Source: Actinomycetes bacterium
Lineage (GTDB): Bacteria; Actinomycetota; Acidimicrobiia; Acidimicrobiales; RAAP-2
Assembly (NCBI GenBank): GCA_021791635.1
Contig: JAJYWF010000002.1
Location: 4,392 to 68,391, forward strand
Direction of reading: 5' to 3'
DNA: 64,000 nucleotides
Part shown: positions 13,713-23,599 of the stretch, piece after piece
Numbering within the stretch: the stretch's first letter is position 1
Layout: every line of letters begins with the position of its first letter
Program-made: the position numbers and the translations under genes
The notes under the pieces: model-generated
Told to the model about the DNA's origin: nothing
Databases searched by the model: none
What the model saw: only the letters and a program-made list of their open reading frames with translations

Positions 13713-15637
13713 CGTCCCTGGGCCCCGGGAACCGCCGCCGAAAGTGGGGAGAGGCGCGTCCTGGATGTGGCGACGTCGCAGATCACCACGGTGAAGGTCG
13801 ACCCGCGCCCCGGGACGCTGCGCACGTCGACGGAGCCCCCGTGGGACTCGGCCACCCGGCGCACGATGGCTAGGCCCAGGCCCGAGCCCGGCGCCGACCC
13901 TCGTCGGGCGTTCGACGCCCGGTAGAAGCGTTCGAACACCCGGCCTTGCTCGTCTTCGGGGATACCGATCCCGGTGTCGGACACTTCGAGCCTCCACCCA
14001 CCCGCCACCGGATCCAACCGCAGACTGACGGAACCCCCCGGCGGGGTGAACCTGACGGCATTGGCCAGAAGGTTGTCGACCAGCTGACCCAGTCGTTGAC
14101 CGTCCCCCCACAGGGGCGCTCCCTGACCGACGTCCACCGTGACCGACACCCCCCGCGCCGCGGTTGTCGGTCGGATCGAGGCCACGGCCATCTTCACCAC
14201 GTCACCCACGTCGACGAGCTCCAGGTCTGCCGGCGCCGGGCTGCTCTCCGCCCGGTCCAAGAAGAGCAGATCCTCCACCATTCGCTGCAGACGGTCCACG
14301 TTCCGGACGATCACCGAGAGGTGTTCTCGCTGCTCGGTGACGCTCTCGCTCCCGAGCCCGGAGCTCAGGATCTGCGTGAAGCTGGCGATGGAGGTGAGGG
14401 GGGTCCGGAGCTCGTGCGAGACCGAAGCCAAGAGCTCGGTCTTCAGGGTATCGAGCTCGGTCAGGCGGGCGTTCTGTTCCCTCTCCATCTCCAGGAGGTA
14501 CTCGCGCTCGGCCGCCAGTGCCGCCTCGTCGGTGACATCCCGGATCAGCCACATGTGCCCCAGGTCCAGGCCGTGGTCGGCGATGGGCACGAAGTCGGCG
14601 GCGATCGTCCGACCGTCGGCCAGCACGAAACGGGCGTCCACCTCGAGGCGGCCGGCGTCGACGATGGACTCCAGGCGGGCCATGGCCTCTTTGGGATCGG
14701 CCCAGATGTGCTGGAGCCGTCCACGCAGGTCGGCGGCGTTCGACCCCACGACATCGTCTGAAGGGATCGAGAGCCCGAAGAGCTTCATGCAGGCCGGGTT
14801 CACGGCGATGGTCGTCCCGTGCTCGTCGGTGACGTGCACACCCAGGTGCATGGCGGCAATCAGCCCCGACAGGCGGGCATTGGCCGAGCGGAGCGCATCG
14901 TCGGCCAGCCTGCGTTCGGTCACGTCGCGCGAGTGCAGGACGATCCCGCGCACCGACGGTTCGTCCACCAGGTTCACCCCGGCGGTCTCCACCCAACGGC
15001 ACTCTCCCGCCGGCCCCCGTAGCCGTACCTCGTGGAGGAGCCCGGGCGATACCTCATGCCCCTCCACCAGGGCCTCCAGCGCCCGCTTCGCCTCCTCGCG
15101 GTCGTCGGGATGCACCGCTCCCCACCAGCCCACCGAGGCGAGTTCGGAGCTGTCCAGCCCGAGCCCCCAGGCTGTGGAGACGCTGCTCGATCGCCACGTC
15201 CCGTCGGCCTCGAGGATCGTGAGCACGTCGGGGAGGCGGTTGAATATGACCCGGAGCCGCTCTTCGCTCAGCTGGAGAGCCTCGTTCGCCTGCTGGCGCT
15301 CGGTCAGATCGTCGGCGACCAACAGCCAGCCGCTGGGCTTGGACCCGTTCCCGGTGATCGGCGACACCCGGGAGCGCACCCACTTGACCGACTTCCCATC
15401 AGACGAGACGATCCGGGATTCGTAGCTGACCGGTGATGCCGTCTCCACGGCGTGCCGCCCGGCGAGCCGGGCATCGGCCAGGTCGTCGGGATGCACGTAG
15501 ACCATCCAGTGCAGACCTTGGATCTCGGCGAGGGGCCAACCGGTCATCTCGCTCCAGCGCTTCGTGGCGTAGACGACATGCCCCCGATCGTCGATGGCCA
15601 CCATCGCAACCAAGGAGCCCAGGATGTCCAGGATCAC
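13709..15637 (-). CDS. Cytoplasmic multi-PAS sensor histidine kinase
   Basis: H-box SHELRTPL and ATPase boxes LANAVRFTPPGG, DTGIGI and GSGLGLAIV. There are several PAS-like repeats and no obvious TM segment. GTG start at 15637. Confidence 0.85.
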   Translation of the reverse strand: MILDILGSLVAMVAIDDRGHVVYATKRWSEMTGWPLAEIQGLHWMVYVHPDDLADARLAGRHAVETASPVSYESRIVSSDGKSVKWVRSRVSPITGNGSKPSGWLLVADDLTERQQANEALQLSEERLRVIFNRLPDVLTILEADGTWRSSSVSTAWGLGLDSSELASVGWWGAVHPDDREEAKRALEALVEGHEVSPGLLHEVRLRGPAGECRWVETAGVNLVDEPSVRGIVLHSRDVTERRLADDALRSANARLSGLIAAMHLGVHVTDEHGTTIAVNPACMKLFGLSIPSDDVVGSNAADLRGRLQHIWADPKEAMARLESIVDAGRLEVDARFVLADGRTIAADFVPIADHGLDLGHMWLIRDVTDEAALAAEREYLLEMEREQNARLTELDTLKTELLASVSHELRTPLTSIASFTQILSSGLGSESVTEQREHLSVIVRNVDRLQRMVEDLLFLDRAESSPAPADLELVDVGDVVKMAVASIRPTTAARGVSVTVDVGQGAPLWGDGQRLGQLVDNLLANAVRFTPPGGSVSLRLDPVAGGWRLEVSDTGIGIPEDEQGRVFERFYRASNARRGSAPGSGLGLAIVRRVAESHGGSVDVRSVPGRGSTFTVVICDVATSRTRLSPLSAAVPGAQGR

Positions 15638-15767
15638 ACGGCACCCCCACGTCCGTCCCGATCGATTCTACCTTTCGGGGAGCCCGCCCGGTCCTGAGAT
15701 CCGTCCATGGCCCCGGGGTGGCTACCCTTGCCACCACGGAGACCGGGGCACCGGCGGCCTCCGTGCC

Positions 15768-15852
15768 GGAGGGATGGCAGAGCGGACGAATGCGCGGCTC
15801 TTGAAAAGCCGTGGGACTCCGGTTCCCGTGGGTTCGAATCCCACTCCCTCCG
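15768..15852 (+). tRNA. tRNA-Ser, anticodon TGA
   Basis: Hand-folded cloverleaf: acceptor GGAGGGA/TCCCTCC, anticodon stem CGGCT/AGCCG with loop CTTGAAA, long variable arm, and T arm GTGGG-TTCGAAT-CCCAC. No encoded CCA. Confidence 0.9.
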
Positions 15853-15935
15853 CTCTTATTGGGCGGCAGTCCGTGGGCGCCAGTCCGTGGACGGCGTTCA
15901 GGCCGGACCGACGCGCCGGCACCTGGGCTCGGCCG

Positions 15936-16868
15936 TCAACCGATCTGGTCGCGCAACCCCGCCAGCCACGCGTCGGCCTGCTTCCACGCATCCCCGGCGC
16001 GGCGGCGGCGAGCCCGGGCGTGGTCGCCGGCGGCCGGGTACGACCCGAGGAACTTGACCCCGGCCAGCTCGGCGTGAAGGGTTCGGAGGCAGTCGGCCAC
16101 GATCTCGTCCGCCACGTGCCCGTCGAGGTCGATCACGAAGCAGTAGTCGCCGAGCCCGCGCTTGGTGGGGCGTGACTCGACCTTGGTCAGATTGATGTTC
16201 CGGGCGGCGAACTGCCCCAGTATCCCGTGGAGGCTGCCGGGCCGGTCGGACCGCTGGAAGCACACGATGCTCGTCCGGTCGTGCCCGGTGGGAGGCGGTA
16301 TCCCGGCACGGGACACGGCGATGAAGCGGGTCTGGTTCCCGATGTAGTCCTCGACGTCCTCGGCCAGCACGGACAGGCCGTACAACTTGGCTGCCAGCCG
16401 CGGCGCGATCGCGGCGTCGCCCGGAGTGCCGCTCCCACCCACTTGGCGGGCCGCTTCAGCGGTGGAATTGGCCGCCACCGGGGTGGCCTCGGGAAGGTGC
16501 GAGGCCAGGTACTTCCGGCACTGTGCCAGGGCCACGGGAAACGACAGCACCCGTCTCACCCGCGCCAGCTCGGTGCCCGGAGCGGCCATGAGGTGGAGGT
16601 GGATGTCGAGCACCACCTCACGCTGGATCAGCAGGTCGAAGTCCATCACCAGGGCATCGAGGGTGTCGCGGACCGTGCCGTCGATGGCATTCTCGACCGG
16701 GACGAACCCGAGGGCCACCTCACCCGAGTGGACTGCCTCGAGGACGTCGGCGATCGTCGACCTGGCCTCGAAGGCCGCCTCGCGGTAGTCGGGCTCGGTG
16801 AGCAACGCCTCCTCGGTGAAAGTGCCCTCGGGGCCGAAGAAGGCGATCGAGGTCGCACGGTTGCTCAC
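15936..16868 (-). CDS. pheA: Prephenate dehydratase
   Basis: FFGPEGTFTEEA N-terminus and a C-terminal ACT domain with the ESRPTK motif. GTG start at 16868. Confidence 0.9.
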   Translation of the reverse strand: MSNRATSIAFFGPEGTFTEEALLTEPDYREAAFEARSTIADVLEAVHSGEVALGFVPVENAIDGTVRDTLDALVMDFDLLIQREVVLDIHLHLMAAPGTELARVRRVLSFPVALAQCRKYLASHLPEATPVAANSTAEAARQVGGSGTPGDAAIAPRLAAKLYGLSVLAEDVEDYIGNQTRFIAVSRAGIPPPTGHDRTSIVCFQRSDRPGSLHGILGQFAARNINLTKVESRPTKRGLGDYCFVIDLDGHVADEIVADCLRTLHAELAGVKFLGSYPAAGDHARARRRRAGDAWKQADAWLAGLRDQIG

Positions 16869-16882
16869 ACCCGGGCAGGATA

Positions 16883-17653
16883 GTGACCCTGATGGACGAG
16901 CCCGCGCTCCGCCAACTCCTGGCCGACGTCACGTCGGGGACGCTCACGCCCGACGACGCCGTCCAGCGCCTCCGGCGCCTGCCCTTCGCCGACTTGGGTT
17001 TCGCCCGGGTCGACCACCATCGTTCGCTGCGCCAGTCCCTGCCCGAGGCCGTGTACGGACCGGGGAAGACCCCCGAGCAGTGCGCCGCCATCGTGGTCGA
17101 GATGCTGTCTGAGCCCGGGGGGCCGGTCCTGCTCACCCGCGCCGACCCCCTCCAGCTTCGAGCCTCCGTGGAAGCGGTGCGGGGGAAGGGATACCCGGAG
17201 GGAACGGTGACCCGATCAGGCCCGACGGCGACCGCGTCCTGGCGACCGGCCGACCCCCGTCCCGGAAAGATCCTGATCATCACCGCCGGGACCGCCGACC
17301 TTCCCGTGGCCGACGAGTGCGGCACCGTCCTCGCATCGCTGGGGTACCGACCGACGCTGCTGAGCGACTGCGGGGTGGCCGGCGTGCACCGCCTCATCGC
17401 CACGGCCGACGAGCTCATCGACGCCGATGCTGTCGTCGTGGTAGCCGGGATGGAGGGCGCCCTGGCCAGCGTCGTCGGCGGCATCACGCCGGCGCCGGTC
17501 GTCGCGGTGCCCACCGGCGTGGGGTATGGCGCCGCCTTCGAGGGTGTCACGGCCCTGCTGGCCATGTTGGCCTCGTGCGCCGCCGGGGTGACGGTGGTCG
17601 GGATCGACAACGGCTTCGGGGCGGCGTGCGCCGTCGCCCGGCTCCTGCAGTGA
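16883..17653 (+). CDS. larB: Nickel-pincer cofactor biosynthesis protein LarB (PurE-like carboxylase/hydrolase)
   Basis: ITAGTADLPVADE and VVVAGMEGALASVVGG motifs. GTG at 16883, or in-frame ATG at 16892. Confidence 0.85.
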   Translation: MTLMDEPALRQLLADVTSGTLTPDDAVQRLRRLPFADLGFARVDHHRSLRQSLPEAVYGPGKTPEQCAAIVVEMLSEPGGPVLLTRADPLQLRASVEAVRGKGYPEGTVTRSGPTATASWRPADPRPGKILIITAGTADLPVADECGTVLASLGYRPTLLSDCGVAGVHRLIATADELIDADAVVVVAGMEGALASVVGGITPAPVVAVPTGVGYGAAFEGVTALLAMLASCAAGVTVVGIDNGFGAACAVARLLQ

Positions 17654-17694
17654 GCACCCCCGAATCGACCGCGGAGTCCCCCACGACACCGGCG

Positions 17695-18912
17695 ATGCAG
17701 TCGGTGGCCTGGTTCCACTGCTTCGCCGGTATCGCCGGCGATATGGCCCTCGGGAGCCTGCTCGACGCCGGTGCCGACCTCGACGAGGTCCTCAACCTGC
17801 TCCACCGGATACCGCTCGACGGGTGGGGGCTGGAGGTCGAGGAGGTCCTGCGCGGCGGCATGGCCTGCACCCGGGCCCTGGTCACCGTCACCGGCACGAG
17901 TGCCCCGAGCGACGATGTCGGTCGGACCCACGCCCGCATCGCCGAGCTGGTGAACCTGGCCCGCCTCCCCGAGCGGGTCACCGACCGAACCCTGTCGATC
18001 TTCGACCAGCTGGCCCGAGCCGAAGGTCGCGTGCACCGTACGGATCCGAGCGCCGTGCACTTCCACGAGGTCGGAGGGCACGACGCCATCATCGACGTGG
18101 TGGGCACCGCGGCAGCCCTCGAAGTGCTCGGCGTCGACGCCGTGGCCTCCTCCCCGGTAGCCGTCGGGACGGGCACCGTCCGCACCGATCACGGGATCTT
18201 GCCGAACCCGTCGCCGGCGGTCGTGCGCCTGCTCCATGGGATCCCGACCTACGGTCGGGCCACGACGGTGGAGCTGACCACGCCGACCGGTGCTGCCATC
18301 CTGGCGGCACTTTGCGAGGACTTCGGGCCCATGCCCCCGATGCAGATCGGCGCTACCGGCTTCGGTGCCGGCGCCGCCGAGCTCGACGAGCTGCCGAACT
18401 GCGCCCAGGTCGTGGTGGGGCTGTCGACCGATCCCGGGTCCATCGGCGACGGCCAACCCGTCATGGTTCTCGAGACCAACGTTGACGACGCCACCGGCGA
18501 GCAGCTCGCCCACGCCGTGACCCGGCTCATGGAGGCCGGCGCCCACGACGCCTGGATCACCCCGATCGTCATGAAGAAGGGACGCCCGGCCCACACCCTG
18601 CACGCGCTCTGCGACCGGGACCAGACTGCCCCCTTGAGGGAGATCATCCGTCTGACCACCGGCACGTTCGGCGTCCGGACCCTCAGTGGCGTCCGGTGGC
18701 CGGTGCCCCGGGGCTTCGCCGGCGTCGAGGTCGGCGGGCACCACCTGACCGTGAAGGTCGGTCCCGAACGGGTCAAGGCCGAGTTCGACGACGTGGCCGA
18801 CGTGGCAGACCGCACCGGCCTGGGAGTCCACGAGGTGAGCTCCCGAGCCGAAGAGGCGTGGCGGCGGGGGCAGGAGACGCCGGCGGAGCAGCGCGAGGGG
18901 GGGACACGATGA
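17695..18912 (+). CDS. larC: Nickel insertion protein LarC (DUF111)
   Basis: N-terminal FHCFAGIAGDM, about 405 aa. An alternative GTG at 17650 overlaps the larB stop. Confidence 0.85.
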   Translation: MQSVAWFHCFAGIAGDMALGSLLDAGADLDEVLNLLHRIPLDGWGLEVEEVLRGGMACTRALVTVTGTSAPSDDVGRTHARIAELVNLARLPERVTDRTLSIFDQLARAEGRVHRTDPSAVHFHEVGGHDAIIDVVGTAAALEVLGVDAVASSPVAVGTGTVRTDHGILPNPSPAVVRLLHGIPTYGRATTVELTTPTGAAILAALCEDFGPMPPMQIGATGFGAGAAELDELPNCAQVVVGLSTDPGSIGDGQPVMVLETNVDDATGEQLAHAVTRLMEAGAHDAWITPIVMKKGRPAHTLHALCDRDQTAPLREIIRLTTGTFGVRTLSGVRWPVPRGFAGVEVGGHHLTVKVGPERVKAEFDDVADVADRTGLGVHEVSSRAEEAWRRGQETPAEQREGGTR

Positions 18913-20480
18913 GCCGGATCACCACTCGGCTCGGGGTATCGAGGACCACGCTGTGGGCCTCGGGGGTGGCCGTCACGGCCATCGTCGTGGCGATGGCCCT
19001 CCTGGTCTCGGGGGTGTGGGGACCCGGAGGGACCCCGACGGGGTCGGCTCCGACCACCCCCGCCTCGGGGAGGAGCGGTCGGGCGAAGACCGCGGCCGCC
19101 GGTTCCGTGACGACCGCCCCGATCACCTGGGCACCGTGCCCCACCCCGGCGGGGTACCGCTGTGCGACGGTGGTGGTCCCGGTGAGCTACCGCCACCCGA
19201 GGGGGCCCACGATCCCCCTCGCCGTCTCCGAACAGCCGGCGATCGATCCCGTGGGTCCGCCTGGGACCTTGATCTTCAATCCCGGTGGGCCCGGCGAGAG
19301 CGGAGTGGAGATCCTCCCCGTGCTGGCCGCCCTGGTACCGCCGGCGGTAGCCCGCCAGTTCAACCTCGTGAGCTTCGACGAGCGCGGCACGGGTGCCAGC
19401 GATCGGCTCACATGCGGTCCCTCCCCCGCGGCGGCAGCTTCCGTGGATCCGGTGCCGACCCGGCCCGGTGCCCCACTCCCGGGCACCGGACTGTTCGAAG
19501 ACCTGGCGAGGTCGTGCCGGAAGGCCTACCCGTCGCTCCTCTCCCACATCGACACGATCGACGCCGCACGGGACATGGACCGGATCCGCCAGGCGCTCGG
19601 CGTCGACCGGATCAGCTACTGGGGGCTGTCGTACGGGACGGTCCTCGGAGCGGTGTACGCCCGGATGTTCCCCCGGCACGTCCAGTCGATGATCCTCGAC
19701 GGCGCGGTGGACCCGACGCTTCCCCTGGCCACCCAGGCCCGCCAGGAGGCGCCGGCGATCGCGTCCTCCCTCAGCCACTACTTCACCACGTGCGCCGCCA
19801 CCGACTGCCCGCTCGGCCCCCACCCGGCCGCCGCCTTCGATCGGTTGGAGTCGTCCCTCGAAAGAGAGCCCCTCCCCGCCCCCGGTCACGGCGACAGCTG
19901 GCCCGTCACGGTCGGAGATCTGGCAACGGCCACGCTCTTCGCCCTCAGTGTCCCGACGTTCGCCGGCACATTCTCGAATGCCCTGGTGGCCGCCGAGCAC
20001 GGGAACGGCGCACCCCTGCGCGCCCTCTCACTCGAGTTCGAGCTGGACCTGAACGGCACGTCTTTGGTGGGCCCGCAGTGGGCGTACACGTGCAACGACT
20101 CGACCGCGCATCCCAGTGCCGGCGCCGCCGGTCGGCTGGCCCGCTCAGTCGCCGGCCGGTACGGCCTCATCGGCGCTTACGCCGTCACCTACACCCTGGG
20201 TGGCTGCGTGAGCTGGCCCCGGCCGAGCCGGCCGGTGACCGGTGTCCGGATGACGGACGGTCCACCCGTCATGGTCATCGGCAACTCCGGCGACCCCAAC
20301 ACCCCCCACCTGGCGGCGGCCGAGCTCGCCTCGGCTCTCGGTCGGGCCCGGCTCGTGACCTGGGACGGCTGGGGGCACACGTGGCTGCTGAACGGCTCGT
20401 CCGATCCGTGCATGGTCCGGATCGTGACGTCGTACCTGGTTGACCACGTGGTGCCCCAGAGCGGCACCACGTGCCACTGA
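18909..20480 (+). CDS. Membrane-anchored or secreted alpha/beta hydrolase, S33 (tripeptidyl aminopeptidase/TAP-like) family
   Basis: N-terminal hydrophobic anchor, nucleophile elbow GLSYGT and a TAP-like C-terminus. ATG overlaps the larC stop (ATGA at 18909-18912). Confidence 0.8.
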   Translation: MSRITTRLGVSRTTLWASGVAVTAIVVAMALLVSGVWGPGGTPTGSAPTTPASGRSGRAKTAAAGSVTTAPITWAPCPTPAGYRCATVVVPVSYRHPRGPTIPLAVSEQPAIDPVGPPGTLIFNPGGPGESGVEILPVLAALVPPAVARQFNLVSFDERGTGASDRLTCGPSPAAAASVDPVPTRPGAPLPGTGLFEDLARSCRKAYPSLLSHIDTIDAARDMDRIRQALGVDRISYWGLSYGTVLGAVYARMFPRHVQSMILDGAVDPTLPLATQARQEAPAIASSLSHYFTTCAATDCPLGPHPAAAFDRLESSLEREPLPAPGHGDSWPVTVGDLATATLFALSVPTFAGTFSNALVAAEHGNGAPLRALSLEFELDLNGTSLVGPQWAYTCNDSTAHPSAGAAGRLARSVAGRYGLIGAYAVTYTLGGCVSWPRPSRPVTGVRMTDGPPVMVIGNSGDPNTPHLAAAELASALGRARLVTWDGWGHTWLLNGSSDPCMVRIVTSYLVDHVVPQSGTTCH

Positions 20481-20517
20481 GCCCGGGTCCGGGACCACCC
20501 TCGAGCGGCGAGAGCCG

Positions 20518-21675
20518 CTAGAGCACACCCTGGGCGGTCGAGCGAGACAGGTCGACCAGGTCCTCGAGGACCACGTCGAGGAGCCGGAGGAGCGGGGACA
20601 CGTGGCCCTCACCGGCGAGCGGTCGCCACCTGGCTCCGTGGACCTGCCCGGCCAGCCAGGCGCCGTGGGCCGTCGGCACCCACGGGTCGTCGGCGCCGTG
20701 CCACACTGCGAACGGCACGTCGATGGTCGAGACGTCGAAACCCCAGTCGCCGGCCAGTCCCCTCACGTCGTCACACCACCCGTCCAGACCCAGGGCCAGC
20801 GCACTCCGCAGGGCGTCACCGAGGGGCTCGGAGGCGCCCCCGACCATCGCCGCCACGTCGGCCGCGGCCGGGGCGGCCCCGAACACCGATGCCAGCTCCG
20901 TCAGTGGATCAATGGCCTTCCCGTGGTGCGCGGCCTCTGGCCCGCGGTCCAGCAGTCGGGCACGGGCCTCGACGCTCCTGACCAGGTCGGGCATCCCCCG
21001 ATCGGCGGCACCGAGGGCCTCGGTCAGCCCCGGGGCCATGCCGGCGGCCCAGTCGATCCCCTCGGCCGCCATCGGCGCCAAGGAACCGAGCGTTGCCCCG
21101 GCCAGGCACCGGTGACCCAGTTTCGCCGCGCACGCCAGAGCGCACGGCCCTCCGGCCGACCACCCGATCGTGTAGAACGACGTGTGGCCCAGGGCGGCCA
21201 GGACCGCCTCGGCGTCTGCCGCCGTGTCGGACACCGTCCGCGGCGTCTGCCGCGTCGACGACGAGTAGCCGGGCCGGGACCACGTCACCCATCGCAGGCC
21301 GTGCTGCGTGGCCGCTTCGGCCGCCGCCGGCCACGGTGCGGCGGCGAACGGCGTCCCGTGGTGGAAGAGGACCGGCGTGCCCCAGTACGGGCCGCTGGCC
21401 AGGACCTCCAATACCCGCCCCCCGGGAACGACGACCTCCCTGGCCTCGACTCCTGCCCCCACCCCGGGGGTGCGGACCTCGGCCGGGACGACGTCGGCGA
21501 ACGAAGGGAGCTCTTCGGCCTTCCGTGCCGCGACTTCGGGATCCGGCGCGTTGGGGTCCTGATACGCGGGCAGGGGCGGGGGCGGGACCGCCTGGCCCTG
21601 GGGGTGGAGCTCGGGTGGGTACCACCGACCGTCCGAAGCCACCCACCAGCCCGGACCCTGAGGGGTATCGCTCAC
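20518..21675 (-). CDS. Alpha/beta hydrolase with an N-terminal GWWVASDGRWYPP (DUF2510-like) module
   Basis: GWSAGG nucleophile elbow. GTG at 21675 is preceded by GGAGG. Confidence 0.7.
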   Translation of the reverse strand: MSDTPQGPGWWVASDGRWYPPELHPQGQAVPPPPLPAYQDPNAPDPEVAARKAEELPSFADVVPAEVRTPGVGAGVEAREVVVPGGRVLEVLASGPYWGTPVLFHHGTPFAAAPWPAAAEAATQHGLRWVTWSRPGYSSSTRQTPRTVSDTAADAEAVLAALGHTSFYTIGWSAGGPCALACAAKLGHRCLAGATLGSLAPMAAEGIDWAAGMAPGLTEALGAADRGMPDLVRSVEARARLLDRGPEAAHHGKAIDPLTELASVFGAAPAAADVAAMVGGASEPLGDALRSALALGLDGWCDDVRGLAGDWGFDVSTIDVPFAVWHGADDPWVPTAHGAWLAGQVHGARWRPLAGEGHVSPLLRLLDVVLEDLVDLSRSTAQGVL

Positions 21676-21714
21676 CTCAACCTCCGCTCCCTGAAGATCG
21701 GCTGCAGCGTACGT

Positions 21715-23070
21715 CTAATCGGCGGCTTCGGCCAGCGCCTCGGCCAGCGCCGGGTGCACCAAGATGCTCTCGGCGATGTCGGACGCACGCAGCCCGGCGG
21801 TCACGGCCACGGCGAGGACGGAGATCAGCTCGGCCGCGTTCTGTCCCACGATGGACCCGCCCAGCACCACCCCGGTCGCCGGGTCCGAGATGATCTTGAC
21901 GAAGCCCCGAGGGTCGTCGTTGATGAGGGCCTTGGCGCTGGCGGCAAACGGCACCTTGGTGACACGGATCTTGCGTCCCTCGGCGAATGCGTCGGCTTCG
22001 GCCAACCCCACGTCGGCGATCTCGGGCTCGGTGAAGATGGCCGAGGCCGCCTTGTCGTAGTTGAGGTGTCGATGGGCGACCGAATGCCCGCCGAGGACGT
22101 GCTGGGCGATCTTTCGCCCCTGCATCGAGGCCACCGAGGACAGCGGGAGCTTCCCCGAGAGGTCACCGGCGGCGTAGATGTGGGGGACGTTGGTCTGGCA
22201 GTGGTGATTGATCGGCACGTAACCGGCGTCGTCCACGACCACACCTGCCGACTCCAGGCCCAGGCCCTCGAAATTGGGAAGAGAGCCGACGGCCAGGAGC
22301 ATGTGCGACCCTGCCGCAGCCCGGCCGTCGTCGCAGTGGACGACCACACCGCCGACACCGATCTCGACACCGACGGCCCTGGCCCCTTTGAGCAGGCGCA
22401 CCCCTCTTCGGAGGAAGTCCTCCTCCAGCACCGCCGCCACTTCGGGGTCCTTTCGGGGCAGCACCTGCTGACGGCTCACGATGAGGGTGACCTCGCATCC
22501 GAGCGAGGCGAACATGTGGACGAACTCGACGCCGGTCACCCCCGATCCCACCACCACCAGGTGCTCGGGAAGGACGGCGGGAGGGTACGCCTGACGGGTG
22601 GACAGGACCCGCTCCCCGTCGGGACGGGCCCAGTCCGGGACCCGGGGCCGCGACCCGGTTGCCACCAACACGGCGTCAGCCGCCACCCTCCGTGCTCCAC
22701 CTTCGGTCTCGACCACCACGTGGTGCGGCCCGTCCAGGCGGCCTTCCCCCGCCACCATCTCCACGCCCTGGCTGCGAAGGATCGACACCAGGCCATCCTC
22801 CAGGCGGGTCACGATCGAGTCGATCCGGTGCCGCAGGCCGGGGAGGTCCAAGTGACCCTGGATCGGATCCAACCCCATGCCCGAAGACCGGTCGACGAAG
22901 GCCATGGCTCCACCCGTCGCGATCATCGCCTTCGAGGGGATGCAGTCTCGCAAGTTGGCCGCTCCTCCGATGATGTCGCGCTCGACCAAGGTCACGTCCA
23001 CACCGGCTCGGGCGGCGTGCATTGCCGCGTTGCTCCCCGCCGGACCACCTCCGATGACGACGAAACGCAT
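21715..23070 (-). CDS. lpdA: Flavoprotein disulfide-reductase-family NAD(P)H dehydrogenase (mycobacterial LpdA type)
   Basis: GGGPAG FAD motif. GGAANLRDCIPSK carries only one of the two redox cysteines. ATG at 23070 is preceded by AGGAGG. Confidence 0.8.
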   Translation of the reverse strand: MRFVVIGGGPAGSNAAMHAARAGVDVTLVERDIIGGAANLRDCIPSKAMIATGGAMAFVDRSSGMGLDPIQGHLDLPGLRHRIDSIVTRLEDGLVSILRSQGVEMVAGEGRLDGPHHVVVETEGGARRVAADAVLVATGSRPRVPDWARPDGERVLSTRQAYPPAVLPEHLVVVGSGVTGVEFVHMFASLGCEVTLIVSRQQVLPRKDPEVAAVLEEDFLRRGVRLLKGARAVGVEIGVGGVVVHCDDGRAAAGSHMLLAVGSLPNFEGLGLESAGVVVDDAGYVPINHHCQTNVPHIYAAGDLSGKLPLSSVASMQGRKIAQHVLGGHSVAHRHLNYDKAASAIFTEPEIADVGLAEADAFAEGRKIRVTKVPFAASAKALINDDPRGFVKIISDPATGVVLGGSIVGQNAAELISVLAVAVTAGLRASDIAESILVHPALAEALAEAAD

Positions 23071-23138
23071 GACGGTTTCCTCCTGGCTCAACCGGCGTCG
23101 ACCGCGCGTACCCGATCGACCGATGCCGGGGTCGGCGA

Positions 23139-23591
23139 TCAGGCGATCTGGTGCCGGTAGACGTTGGTGGTACGCGGGACGAAGCCCAGGCGGACGTAGA
23201 GCCGGTTCGCCGACTCCCGCTCGGGACGGGACGTGAGGTCCACGGTCCGGGCTCCGGCGCCGCGGGCGATCTCCACAGCAGCCCCGACAAGGGCCGAGCC
23301 CACCCCCGAGCCGCGGCTCCGCCCGTCGACGACAACGTCTTCGATCCAGGCCCGTAGCCCGCTCGGGACGCGGAACGTGGCCAGGGTGAGCGACCCCACG
23401 ATGACCCCACCCGGGTCCCGAGCCACCAGGAGCGTCGTGGCCGGTGTGCGCACGAGGCATTCGAGGTGGGCGACGGTGACCTCGGGTGCCGACGACGACA
23501 GTTGCGGCAGCAGGCGTCCCATGGCCGCCACCAGCTCGTCGTCGACGACCTCGACCTTCTCGACCCCGCACTCCACTCCGCCGATGCTCAT
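23139..23591 (-). CDS. GNAT family N-acetyltransferase
   Basis: RSRGSGVGSALV acetyl-CoA loop. ATG at 23591. Confidence 0.75.
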   Translation of the reverse strand: MSIGGVECGVEKVEVVDDELVAAMGRLLPQLSSSAPEVTVAHLECLVRTPATTLLVARDPGGVIVGSLTLATFRVPSGLRAWIEDVVVDGRSRGSGVGSALVGAAVEIARGAGARTVDLTSRPERESANRLYVRLGFVPRTTNVYRHQIA

Positions 23592-23599
23592 GACCGCGC

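Noticed and set aside
15853-15935. Direct repeat cagtccgtgg x2 just 3' of tRNA-Ser, as a possible integration (att) scar or island boundary
   Set aside because: No integrase, excisionase or compositional shift is found on either side. The flanking genes (sensor kinase, pheA) are ordinary core genes, and the repeat is short.
20504-20519. Short hairpin agcggc-gaga-gccgct between the convergent hydrolase genes, as a bidirectional terminator
   Set aside because: The stem is only 6 bp, it overlaps the minus-strand stop codon and it has no U tract. That is too weak to call.
16720-23160. Very long alternative-frame ORFs (16720..18831 minus, 18249..20000 minus, 20440..23160 plus)
   Set aside because: They are antisense to larB/larC, the two hydrolases and lpdA, all of which have clear family motifs. 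The products are low-complexity GC artefacts.
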